From NCBI GenBank assembly GCA_019057815.1, contig JAHLWR010000013.1, forward strand, positions 32,001 to 96,000: DNA of 64,000 nucleotides. The letters are read 5' to 3'. The notes under the pieces were generated by a model. It saw nothing but the letters and a program-made list of their open reading frames with translations, had not been told where the DNA came from and did not search any database. Numbering within the stretch: the stretch's first letter is position 1; each line of letters opens with the position of its first letter. Made by a program: the position numbers and the translations under genes. Positions 10,944 through 20,300 of this stretch are shown piece by piece. The DNA comes from Candidatus Heimdallarchaeota archaeon (GTDB taxonomy: Archaea; Asgardarchaeota; Heimdallarchaeia; Heimdallarchaeales; Heimdallarchaeaceae).

Positions 10944-13310
10944 ATGACAAAGGAAAATGTTAATTTGTCTCTTGAACAATTAGCAAGATATCTCGCTGAA
11001 AAACAAAACCTAACAAAACAATATATGGGTGTTAACTACAAGCATGCTATATCGATTTCTAAGAATCTTGCGTTTTTCCAAGATTCAGAATCACTTTATG
11101 CACGTATGAGAACTTTTTCCAGTTCTCTTATTCATTCTTTAATTAAGAATAAGCTTATAGTCCAGGCTCCCTTTATCGAGAAAAAGCTTACATATGTTAG
11201 CAAAGATTTGCTTCCATTTTTTTATTTCAGCAATATAAAAGACAATATTGAATACAAAATGCCTGAAACTAGATCAGTTTTGGAATTCATTAAGGAGCAA
11301 TATATTACAACACGTCAGAAGATTGTGAGTAGATTTGGTTTACAAAGAGAAACAATTATGGAAATACTTGCTGAGTTACGAGAAAACTACCAGATATTCA
11401 TGTATTACGATGGTTCAAGGTGGACAATAAACGATTCTGAATCACTTCTACATAAAGGTACTATGAGTCGTTCAACAGCAATAACTGAATTGGTTTTTCA
11501 AATTATCAAAAGTTTTGGACCGATAACTGTACCTCAAGTGATGAAAGTTTTAAATCTCTCCGGAGGTAGAGTAAGTACCAGTTTGATAGATCTTTATGAA
11601 ACAGAGAGAGTAATAAGAGGGTATTTTATTGAAAATTCAAGTTATGAAGCTTTTATAGCAACAGATGAACTGGCACATCTAGAACAGTATATTGAATTGT
11701 ACGAAACGAAGGAAAATGTTGAGTTTCAACTTTTGCCAGCTAATGATCCACTAGTTAGATATTGGTCTTCCGCTGATTTTGCTGTAATGGATGACACCAG
11801 AAGAATATTAATAATGATATCAGGATTACCTATCTGTTCTTTTGATTATAAGGTTATTAATGACAATTTACACGTTCAGAATCTTCTAAAAACAAGTCAA
11901 TATTCTTATTATGAAGAAGAAATAATCAAAAAGGTAAAAGAGTTTGCAGAGAACCAAGGGAAAATACTGGTTTTTCCAAAAACACAGTCAGAAGCTTTAG
12001 AAAATCAAGCTAAACTTTTCTATGAACAACTAAAAAAGAGAAGTTTCACTTCAAGAGGGTCTGAGTTAACTACTAGTCTATCCCACATTAAAGTTCCTCA
12101 AGACACAAGCAAAAGAATATCTTGGATAGATGTTTTTCCATTTATTCATGACCTTCAATATCTCAACAGGAAAAGTGAATTTAAGACTAAACAAGAGCTT
12201 ATCAGAGGTATAAGAAATATAGGAGTCCCTCTTCCAATAAATTCACTTAAAGTTAGGACAAGTAGAGGAAAAGAAAATATCATCACTGATCTTCAAATAA
12301 GTAAACAGATTGCCATAGGAAAATTTGGAGGATTCTCTCGAGGTTTAATCTTGGCATCAGACTATATTTTATATTCCCGATTACGTGCTACAAAATCGAT
12401 TGGTGTTTTCGAGGAAAAAGCCTTAAACTTCATACAACAAAAAGGTAAGGTAAATTTTAAGCAACTTAGAGAAGGATTGAGATTATCAGATAGAGTGATT
12501 TTAGCAACTTTAAGTAGACTTGAAGGTGCAAATGAAGTCATACAAGGTAAAACCTCATCTAATCAAATAGTGTGGTATCCTGTTTCAGACTATCTAAAAA
12601 ACACACAAGTAAAAAGTATCTCTTCTCAAAGAGATGCGTGGTTAGAAGTTATTCACAGAATTCTTTCTACAAATTTACCTTTATCCATCAGGCAAATTGC
12701 AAACATTACAGGTTTATCAAACACACAAGTTGAAATTTATTTGAGGGAGCTTATTGCATCAAAAGGAGTAAGATCAGGTCGTTTTATAGAAGAAAATGAT
12801 ACTCAATACACTACAAAAGAAATAGAGGAGAGTTTAATAGGTTTTCTTTACAAAAAAGAAAGTGAGGTTCCAGAGATAGAAGGAAATGAGGTTCCAGAGA
12901 TAGAAGAAAGTGAAATAATCTATTTACCAAGAGCTGATCCTTTGCTAGTATTATATCGTTCTTTTGTACTTCAAAAATTTAAAACAAGGATTCTGTTTCA
13001 AAGGTCTTTACCTTCAGAATATGGCGAACTAATGTTAATTAATGGGCTTCCCTTCGCAGCAGTGCATATGAAGAAAGTAGAGGGAATAGAATATATTAAC
13101 AACATAGAACTTTTGGCAGGATATGAAGACAATCATACATTAATGCTAATGTTGACTGCAATTAATGATTTTTACAATAAGACAAAGAAAAACGGTGAAA
13201 AGACTATACAAATTAAACAAATAAATGGAGTTCATCTGAAATCCAACGGAGCAAGACACATAATCGCTTTAATGGATGATATGAAAATTGACTATCACAT
13301 TATTCCATGA
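10944..13310 (+). CDS. Multi winged-helix protein resembling the Lhr C-terminal (HTH_42/AlkZ-like) modules
   Basis: ATG abuts the lhr stop. SFGPIT, LPANDPL, LPRADPL and GRFIE/GYFIE motifs mirror the Lhr tail, and the two proteins have similar C-ends (IKQINGV vs IERINGI). Confidence 0.65.
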   Translation: MTKENVNLSLEQLARYLAEKQNLTKQYMGVNYKHAISISKNLAFFQDSESLYARMRTFSSSLIHSLIKNKLIVQAPFIEKKLTYVSKDLLPFFYFSNIKDNIEYKMPETRSVLEFIKEQYITTRQKIVSRFGLQRETIMEILAELRENYQIFMYYDGSRWTINDSESLLHKGTMSRSTAITELVFQIIKSFGPITVPQVMKVLNLSGGRVSTSLIDLYETERVIRGYFIENSSYEAFIATDELAHLEQYIELYETKENVEFQLLPANDPLVRYWSSADFAVMDDTRRILIMISGLPICSFDYKVINDNLHVQNLLKTSQYSYYEEEIIKKVKEFAENQGKILVFPKTQSEALENQAKLFYEQLKKRSFTSRGSELTTSLSHIKVPQDTSKRISWIDVFPFIHDLQYLNRKSEFKTKQELIRGIRNIGVPLPINSLKVRTSRGKENIITDLQISKQIAIGKFGGFSRGLILASDYILYSRLRATKSIGVFEEKALNFIQQKGKVNFKQLREGLRLSDRVILATLSRLEGANEVIQGKTSSNQIVWYPVSDYLKNTQVKSISSQRDAWLEVIHRILSTNLPLSIRQIANITGLSNTQVEIYLRELIASKGVRSGRFIEENDTQYTTKEIEESLIGFLYKKESEVPEIEGNEVPEIEESEIIYLPRADPLLVLYRSFVLQKFKTRILFQRSLPSEYGELMLINGLPFAAVHMKKVEGIEYINNIELLAGYEDNHTLMLMLTAINDFYNKTKKNGEKTIQIKQINGVHLKSNGARHIIALMDDMKIDYHIIP

Positions 13311-13407
13311 ACTGCCGCTACCTAAAGAAGGGGGACTTCTGCAACGTTCAGATAAATCAAAACTTAGAGGGATAGATTTTTTATTGAGAAAAATAAAGTT
13401 ATTGTTG

Positions 13408-14250
13408 ATGATACGACATGCTCAAGTTGCTGGAACTTTTTATTCTAGAGATGAAGATTCTTTAATAAAAGAAATAGAATCGGCTTTTACTTGCCCTTTA
13501 GGACCTGGAGAACTTCCAAAGAATGAAAAAAAAGAGGGACTTACACCTTTCTTTGTAGTTCCACATGCAGGGTATATGTATAGCGGATCTGTTGCTAGTT
13601 GGAGTTATTTGGAACTAAGCAAATTCCAACAACCACAGACAGTCATCATTCTTGGACCAAACCATCATGGGATCGGACCAGATATTGCTTTTCCTGAAAA
13701 GGTTGAAACGTGGGAAACTCCTTTTGGTTCAGTAGAAATAAATCATAAACTCATAGATAAAATCTCAGATATTTATCCTTCTGCAAAAAGAAACGATTTA
13801 GCTCATCAAAGAGAACACTCAATTGAAGTGCAATTACCATTTTTACAGTATATTTATAGTGAACCTTTCAAGCTTATTCCAATTGGTTTAAAAAACCAAA
13901 ACTACGATGTCTGCTTAATACTGGGTGAAATATTAGCAAAAGCGTGTGAAAAAGAAGATATTGTGATTATTGCTTCTTCGGATTTGACACATTATGAGTC
14001 TCATGATAAAGCAAAAGAAAAAGATTTGCAAGTTCTTCAAGCTGTAGAAGAAATGGATACGAAGAAATTATATGAAATAAAATTAGATTTGAATGTCTCA
14101 ATGTGTGGTCATGGGCCAATTGGTGTAACAATTGAATCAGCAAAAAGAATGGGAAGATCTTCTGGAAAAATCTTGAAATATGCAACATCGGGAGATTCTT
14201 CGGGAATTAAAAACCAAGTAGTAGGTTATGGTTCAGTAGTTTTTTACTAA
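13408..14250 (+). CDS. MEMO1-family protein (AmmeMemoRadiSam protein B)
   Basis: RHAQVAGTFY, VPHAGYMYSG, GPNH, EHSIEVQLPFLQ, SSDLTHY, MCG and VVGY motifs. Likely start at 13408 rather than 13288. Confidence 0.94.
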   Translation: MIRHAQVAGTFYSRDEDSLIKEIESAFTCPLGPGELPKNEKKEGLTPFFVVPHAGYMYSGSVASWSYLELSKFQQPQTVIILGPNHHGIGPDIAFPEKVETWETPFGSVEINHKLIDKISDIYPSAKRNDLAHQREHSIEVQLPFLQYIYSEPFKLIPIGLKNQNYDVCLILGEILAKACEKEDIVIIASSDLTHYESHDKAKEKDLQVLQAVEEMDTKKLYEIKLDLNVSMCGHGPIGVTIESAKRMGRSSGKILKYATSGDSSGIKNQVVGYGSVVFY

Positions 14251-14319
14251 GAACCATTAAATAGAGATAGATATGTTCATTAACATTAATAAATAAATAT
14301 CTGTGTGAGATAAACAATT

Positions 14320-14835
14320 ATGAAAAGTCAAACCATAAAAAAAGTAGTCTTAATCGGTGATGCAAGGGTAGGTAAAACATCGCTTATTAAACGCTTTGTG
14401 ACAGGACTCTTTAACCCAACATACCAAATAACCTTAGGAACAACCATAATGAAAAAAGATGTTGAGTACGCAGATAGAACTGTTACACTAAGTTTATGGG
14501 ATGTAGGAGGACAAGAAGTATTTAAACAAATAAGGAGCAAATATTATTATGGTAGTGAGGGAGCTTTAGCAGTTTGTGACGCTTCTAAGAAGATTACATT
14601 CGAAAATCTCACATCTTGGGTTGATTCTTTTAGAAAAGTTGTTGGTGATCAACCTATTGTTTTTATTGCTAATAAAAACGATTTAGCAGGACTAGAAGTC
14701 ACGGAAAAAGATATGAAACAAATAGTTGAACAACACAAAAATGCAACTTTTCTTTTTACTTCGGCAAAAAGTGGAAATAATGCGGAAAAGGCTTTCCAGA
14801 CCATAGTCAATCTGATGATTGAAAGAGAGGAATAA
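14320..14835 (+). CDS. Rab-like small GTPase
   Basis: GDARVGKTS, TLGT, WDVGGQE, YYYGS, NKND and TSAK motifs; no C-terminal Cys tail. Confidence 0.92.
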   Translation: MKSQTIKKVVLIGDARVGKTSLIKRFVTGLFNPTYQITLGTTIMKKDVEYADRTVTLSLWDVGGQEVFKQIRSKYYYGSEGALAVCDASKKITFENLTSWVDSFRKVVGDQPIVFIANKNDLAGLEVTEKDMKQIVEQHKNATFLFTSAKSGNNAEKAFQTIVNLMIEREE

Positions 14836-14852
14836 TAACGCTTTTAAAAGTT

Positions 14853-15326
14853 TTATTCGATTTCTTTTCGTATTAGATAAAGAGATAAAGTTAGTTCTCC
14901 AATACAACCTATTTCACTAATTTTTTCAAAATAGATAGCTGCACCATGATCTAAATCTTTCTTTGATAAACCCGGTTCAGCTCCCCCAAAAACAAGAAGA
15001 ATGGTTTTTCCATCTGAGTATGATTCACTTATGGACTTGGAATCAAATATTTCTTTGGAAAAGGGGCGACGTATGAAAAGATAAACTTCATCAGGAGAAA
15101 GCAACTCAATAGTATCCGAAATATCTTGAAGGTAAAGAAAATTAACTTTCTGAGAGTAAGCAATTTTTTGAGCAATGGGGACACCTGAAGAGGAAGCAGC
15201 GCCACTTGCTTTAGAAAAGACAATATCACGAGAACCTAGACCAGTCGCACTTCTCATAAAATCGCGACAAAGCTGAACACTGCTAAAATTATGCAATTGA
15301 ATAATTAGTTTACCTGATGACATCAA
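14853..15326 (-). CDS. Archaeal SPOUT-like protein (DUF2122/COG4080 type)
   Basis: LHN.SS.Q...F, SKASGAASSSGVP.AQK, D..D.IELL.PD and LLVFGG.EPGLS patterns, recalled for this family. Confidence 0.7.
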   Translation of the reverse strand: MMSSGKLIIQLHNFSSVQLCRDFMRSATGLGSRDIVFSKASGAASSSGVPIAQKIAYSQKVNFLYLQDISDTIELLSPDEVYLFIRRPFSKEIFDSKSISESYSDGKTILLVFGGAEPGLSKKDLDHGAAIYFEKISEIGCIGELTLSLYLIRKEIE

Positions 15327-15493
15327 AAAATGTAAAGAAGTTCAGTATTTAAAAATCTCCCTTAAGGAGAACAAAAAATAAGCATAACAACGTCACTAAT
15401 GTGATGTTTCAAACAACAAGTCTTAAAAAGAAAAGAAGAACAAATAACAAAATAAAAAAAGGGAGACTATTTTAAATTAAAATAGTAAAAAAC

Positions 15494-15583
15494 GCTCCGA
15501 TAGTATAGTCGCAGAATTGAGGACTGTGGTTCTCTTTGAGCAGACATCCTTAGGCGCCGGTTCAAATCCGGCTCGGGGCACCA
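15494..15583 (+). tRNA. tRNA-His(GTG) with 16-nt canonical BHB intron and encoded CCA
   Basis: Acceptor GCTCCGA/TCGGGGC-A-CCA, anticodon arm GAGGA-CT-GTG-G|A-TCCTT, T-arm GCCGG-TTCAAAT-CCGGC. The D-arm is atypical (no GG). Confidence 0.85.
15530..15545 (+). other. tRNA intron at position 37/38 within a bulge-helix-bulge motif
   Basis: Central helix CTGT/GCAG, 3-nt bulges GG^T and AC^A, inner TC/GA helix. Confidence 0.85.
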
Positions 15584-15660
15584 ATTATTTATTCTCTAAT
15601 GAAATTAGAGTGAATTTGATGCTTTTTTAAATGGCGTAAGAATTGGACGTAAAAAATTCT

Positions 15661-15686
15661 GAATTCAAAAACTTCTGCAGAAAAAG
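15661..15686 (-). terminator. Oligo-T terminator candidate downstream of the 5S gene
   Basis: Minus strand reads CTTTTTCTGCAGAAGTTTTTG just after the 3' flank. Confidence 0.35.
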
Positions 15687-15706
15687 TTCGTCTTTCTCTC
15701 AACAGT

Positions 15707-15830
<124 letters not shown>

Positions 15831-16062
15831 TTCCTGTGCATCCGGAACGCGTCCAGATACTTACTGACATCGTTGAGATGTGACTAACTGGGAGAAAGGT
15901 TGTTTCCTTAAAAACATTTCTTTTAACACTATTTAGTGCAAGAGTTTAAAGCTATTTTTAGACGATTCTAAGAGAATTTAAGTTAGTATTTCACTTTTCG
16001 AACAATACAACATCAATAGCGAACATTTAAAGACACGAGCAATTTATTTTAAACCAGCTTAG

Positions 16063-16545
16063 GTGTTTTGCATGACTTGGTTAGATGAAGTTATTCTTGG
16101 AGGAACATTTGATCATCTTCATCTTGGTCATAAAGCGGTATTAGAGGCAGCAATAAGTATTTCTAAATATGTTAGAGTTGGAGTAACATCTGATATTTTC
16201 GCCAGAAAAATGCGTAGAAATGATAAATTTATTCATCATCTTCAGCCTTTTAAAAAAAGAGAAAGAAATGTTCAACTATTTCTTGAAGAACGAGGATGTC
16301 AAAAACATCGAACAATGAAAATTCATGATAGATATGGTCCTGCTTTAACAGATCCTTATATAGAGGCTATAATAGCTACAGAAGAAACCTACCCTACAGC
16401 AGTAGAAATCAATAAACTGCGAAATTTAAACGGCCTAGATCATCTACTAATTCTTGTAGTACCTTTTGTTTACGATGAAAAAGGAATTATAATTAGCTCT
16501 AGAAGAATTAGACAACAGCTTGGAGAAAAGGCTAAAAAAGAATGA
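16063..16545 (+). CDS. coaD: Archaeal/eukaryote-type phosphopantetheine adenylyltransferase
   Basis: GGTFDHLHLGH, GVTSD, D.YGP, ET....EIN..R and ISSRRIR motifs; start may be the ATG at 16072. Confidence 0.9.
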   Translation: MFCMTWLDEVILGGTFDHLHLGHKAVLEAAISISKYVRVGVTSDIFARKMRRNDKFIHHLQPFKKRERNVQLFLEERGCQKHRTMKIHDRYGPALTDPYIEAIIATEETYPTAVEINKLRNLNGLDHLLILVVPFVYDEKGIIISSRRIRQQLGEKAKKE

Positions 16546-16609
16546 AATTCTAGGGAATAATTACCCAACTAAGATAAGGAGTATTCTGAAAAGAATTCTA
16601 GAAGATTTA

Positions 16610-17143
16610 TTAAGCAATCTTTTTCTCAATGCTTCGTAAAATAGCTTCACCCATGGATAAAAATGCATTAGGAACATTGTCTCCGGTCTTAGCAGAAGTT
16701 TCGATAAAACCAATCATACCATTGTCTTTAGCAAATTTTTGGCCTTCTTCAGTAGAGACATCACGAAGATCCTCAAGATCGATTTTATTACCAGCTAACA
16801 TAAGCATGATGCGAGGGCTTTCAGAGCGAGCTTCGTTGATCCAAGTTTTAAGGTTGTCAAAAGATTGACGACGAGTAATATCATAGGTAACTAAGGCACC
16901 CAAACTACCTTTAAAGAAAATTTGGCGCATAGAAGCAAAACGATCTTGACCAGCAATATCCCAAAGTTGTAAACAAACCTTAGTGTCACCAATATCAGCA
17001 AAAAACGAATATGGCTCCATACCTATGGTCATTAGGTATCCTGACTGAAATTTTCCATGTATAAATCTCTGCACTAGTGATGTTTTTCCTACTGCTCCAT
17101 CTCCTAGTAGTAGCATTTTGAAAGTATATTTGTAGCTTACCAT
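16610..17143 (-). CDS. Rab-like small GTPase
   Basis: YTFKMLLLGDGAVGKTS, TIG, LQLWDIAGQDRF, YDIT, GNKIDL and ETSAKTG motifs. Confidence 0.94.
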   Translation of the reverse strand: MVSYKYTFKMLLLGDGAVGKTSLVQRFIHGKFQSGYLMTIGMEPYSFFADIGDTKVCLQLWDIAGQDRFASMRQIFFKGSLGALVTYDITRRQSFDNLKTWINEARSESPRIMLMLAGNKIDLEDLRDVSTEEGQKFAKDNGMIGFIETSAKTGDNVPNAFLSMGEAILRSIEKKIA

Positions 17144-17371
17144 TTTTTCTTCCTACTGAGTTCTTATCTTGCATTAGTTCTTTATTGTTTATTAGTTTTT
17201 CTTTGTTTTCTGTTCTTTTTATCTTTTTTCCTCTCAGCCTTCTTTTTTACTGAGCTAACCAGTGTATCACTAAAAGTATATTTTTCTGGGAGATTTTGTT
17301 CTCTCTCCCCCTTACCTCAATTCTTGTTCTCTCTCTTCTTTAAACGTGACATGTTTTTCCTTTTTTTTTCT

Positions 17372-20300
17372 TTAGATATAATCTCTAATCACTTTACGGA
17401 AGTTTATACATGCTGCAAACATTCGAGCAAAGTCTATATCTGTGTTATAATATCCTTCTCGCACTTCCTTCATCAAATTATTAATGAAATTTCTGACACT
17501 TTGTCTCAATTCTAACCTTGTTGTTAGTCCTCCTATTTCCATGATTGTTTTGTATGCTGTTATAAGACTATATTTTGCATATAACTTTACATAATCCACA
17601 TGATCTAATGTATATATCCTATCTATTTCGACTTGTGTAGAAATTATATCATAGAGTTCTCTGAATATCTTTTCTTCTTCTTTTATGGATATCAAGTTTC
17701 CATTTTCATCTTTTTTCACTGTTAATGGAACTGGCATTGCTTTTCTGTTTTCAATTATGTCTTTAATGACGCTTAAGACTATTTCTTCAATACTTCCGTC
17801 AACTATTTCTCCCTCGTTTTTCATTTTTGTTATGTAGTTTTCAATAAATGCTTCTGTTATCACATTTACTTCTTGATTCTTACTTTTCTTGTTTCTTGTA
17901 TTTATCATCCATTCAGTATGGAGTTTGTCCCAGATTTTTCTATAATTTGCAATAGATGAAGGTAAAGTGAAAATGAAACGTTCAAATTTATATTTCGTAT
18001 AGTCTACTGGTTTTATTTGTCCGTAATCTGTCATTATTTCAAAAAGTTCTAAAGCGAATTTCATAATTACAGTCAAAATATCATTTAACCCTTGACTTCT
18101 ATCATTTTCCGCTACGATACTCCTTGTAATATAGGTTAAACTATTAATTCTTACTGTTCTTGACTGTTGAAATACAATTTTTAATACATCTACTAAATCA
18201 TTTATTGATATTATCTTATTAATTCGATTATTAGCTCTTTGATAATTGATTTTATTTATATACATACATCCTTCAATTAATGCTTCTTTTAGTTCTGGCA
18301 TTGATTGTAATAATATTCTTCCACCGTCAGGACTCTTTAAATTAACTAGCTCTAAGCCATATTTAATCTGTAGATTTTTGTTCCACAAATTTTGTAAATC
18401 AACTCGATATTCTATACTATTCCTTTTACCTATCAGGGTTTCTAAAGCGTTTATTAGAGATGAAAGAGATAAGTATAAGGCTTTATTACCCTCACTATCT
18501 TCTGTAAATCGTACTGCTAGGAATTTTGTTGCATCTTGTTTCGGTGTCAAGTTTTTTATTGTGCCATCTTCTTTAATTACATCTTTCCCTACATCCAAAT
18601 TTTGTTGAATAAGTTTATTGATAGCTTCTATTTTCGACTGATCTATAAGACTGTTGGATTGATATTTTAATATATCATTAATATATATTATTGTAGTCCC
18701 ATCTGCCGATTCACCTATAGAATCTTTGAAACTAAGTTTATTTATTGCTGTTATAACATTTGTTAAATCATATTTGTAATCTCCTTGGGGACTCGCTCTG
18801 AATGTTACTTCTACGACAAATCCCCTCCCGTTGGAGTTTTGTATTGTATTTTGTATTGAGAAGACATAACTTACTTTTTCTTGTCTTATGTTTTTATAAT
18901 AAAGTACCATATTCTTGATTATTTGAACAGCTGAATGTATAGCAGAACCTACTATTCTGACATTAGTCGTATCTTTGAATCGATTTAAAGTATTACTCTG
19001 ATCTGAATATGCTTGTGAATATTGTTTTTCCATTGGTTTTGTTAACATGTCACTTTCTAGCAGTTCAATACTCGGATTTATCACTGTTCTTTCAATTGCT
19101 CCCATTAACATTTTATATTTTTGTTCGCTGTTTTCCATTGTTTTTATATCGTCTCTTATTGATTCGTATTTACTGTTACATATATCCATATACGTTCTGA
19201 AATCGTCTATTTTTGTCATTGATGTTAATATTTCCAAATAATTGCTAATGTGTGGGGAATAATTTGGATTAGATTTTGGTAACAATGCTGTGTTAAAAAT
19301 TTCTAATTCAAAATTAAGACACACATCACCTAGAGGCTCTGTTGTTTCTCCATTCAATAGCTTGTCCTCTAATCCCACTGCTAGTGTTTTAATAATATTT
19401 CCTTCGTTTGTGTCTTTAAAGTTCCCGTTACTCTTTTCATAAAATACTGACGCTATTGGTGGATTTGTTAATAGATCCTCTTCATTTTTGTATTCATTTT
19501 TGATCTTATCTTTGAGATCTGTAAAGGTATTTGCTACTAATGTAGTTCCATCCTTTTTAATGATGTAGTATCTGTTGTATTTTACTCCGTCTTTGTTAAA
19601 CTGTGCATGAAAAATGGATGAACTTAACCATATTTCTTTGTTGTTCGGATAATGTAAATCTACAATGTTTGATTTAGCTACTGACGATGAAAACATTCCT
19701 GTATATGCTGAGAGTTTTATTGTATCAGCTACTTCTTCTCCTGTGCCTGTGTCAGTAAAAGTTATTGTCTTTTTATATTCTATTGTTCCATCTCCTTTTA
19801 CGATCTTTATTCCTTCAAAGATCTCTATTTCTGCAGTGTGTTTCATCTGTTCCGCTACTTGTTTATGGTTAAAGTACGATAAACTATCTTTCTCTGATTT
19901 TATACTATACACCACTTCTGTTCCATCATCTAGTTTAAAAACTATAAACCCATTTTCATCTACTTGTACACTTGGTTCTTTCTGGAATAAAGCTATTATA
20001 CTTTGTTTCAAAACCCATTTTTTAAGGAGAAGACCTAAATTAATATTTAATTCATCACTTTTTTCTTCGATTTTTCTCTTAAATTCATCAACTGTAAAAC
20101 TCTTTGTAGAATCTGGATATATTCCAAACGTTTTTTGGAAAGATTCTACTATTCTTCTTATTCCTGCTGTTCCTCCTAATGGTATATCAAAAGTGGGAAC
20201 ATAGTCAACACTGTCTATCTTATCCATTACTCCTAATTCTTCGAAAACCTTTCTTGCCTCCTCAGTCATTCTATCTGTAGTAACGATGTTTGTAGCTTTT

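Noticed and set aside
12858-12913. Short tandem duplication encoding EVPEIE twice
   Set aside because: Small in-frame slippage in a linker; no evidence of wider significance
13288-13407. N-terminal extension of the MEMO1-like ORF
   Set aside because: Depends on a TTG start overlapping the upstream gene; family similarity begins at the ATG at 13408
15560-15583. tRNA 3' end as attachment site for the giant-gene element
   Set aside because: No second copy of the tRNA 3' sequence was noticed in the window, and 5S, coaD and a Rab-like gene lie between the tRNA and the giant gene
17144-17371. Pyrimidine-rich intergenic tract as a possible element end
   Set aside because: Low complexity; no matching inverted or direct repeat found by eye near 49300-49700
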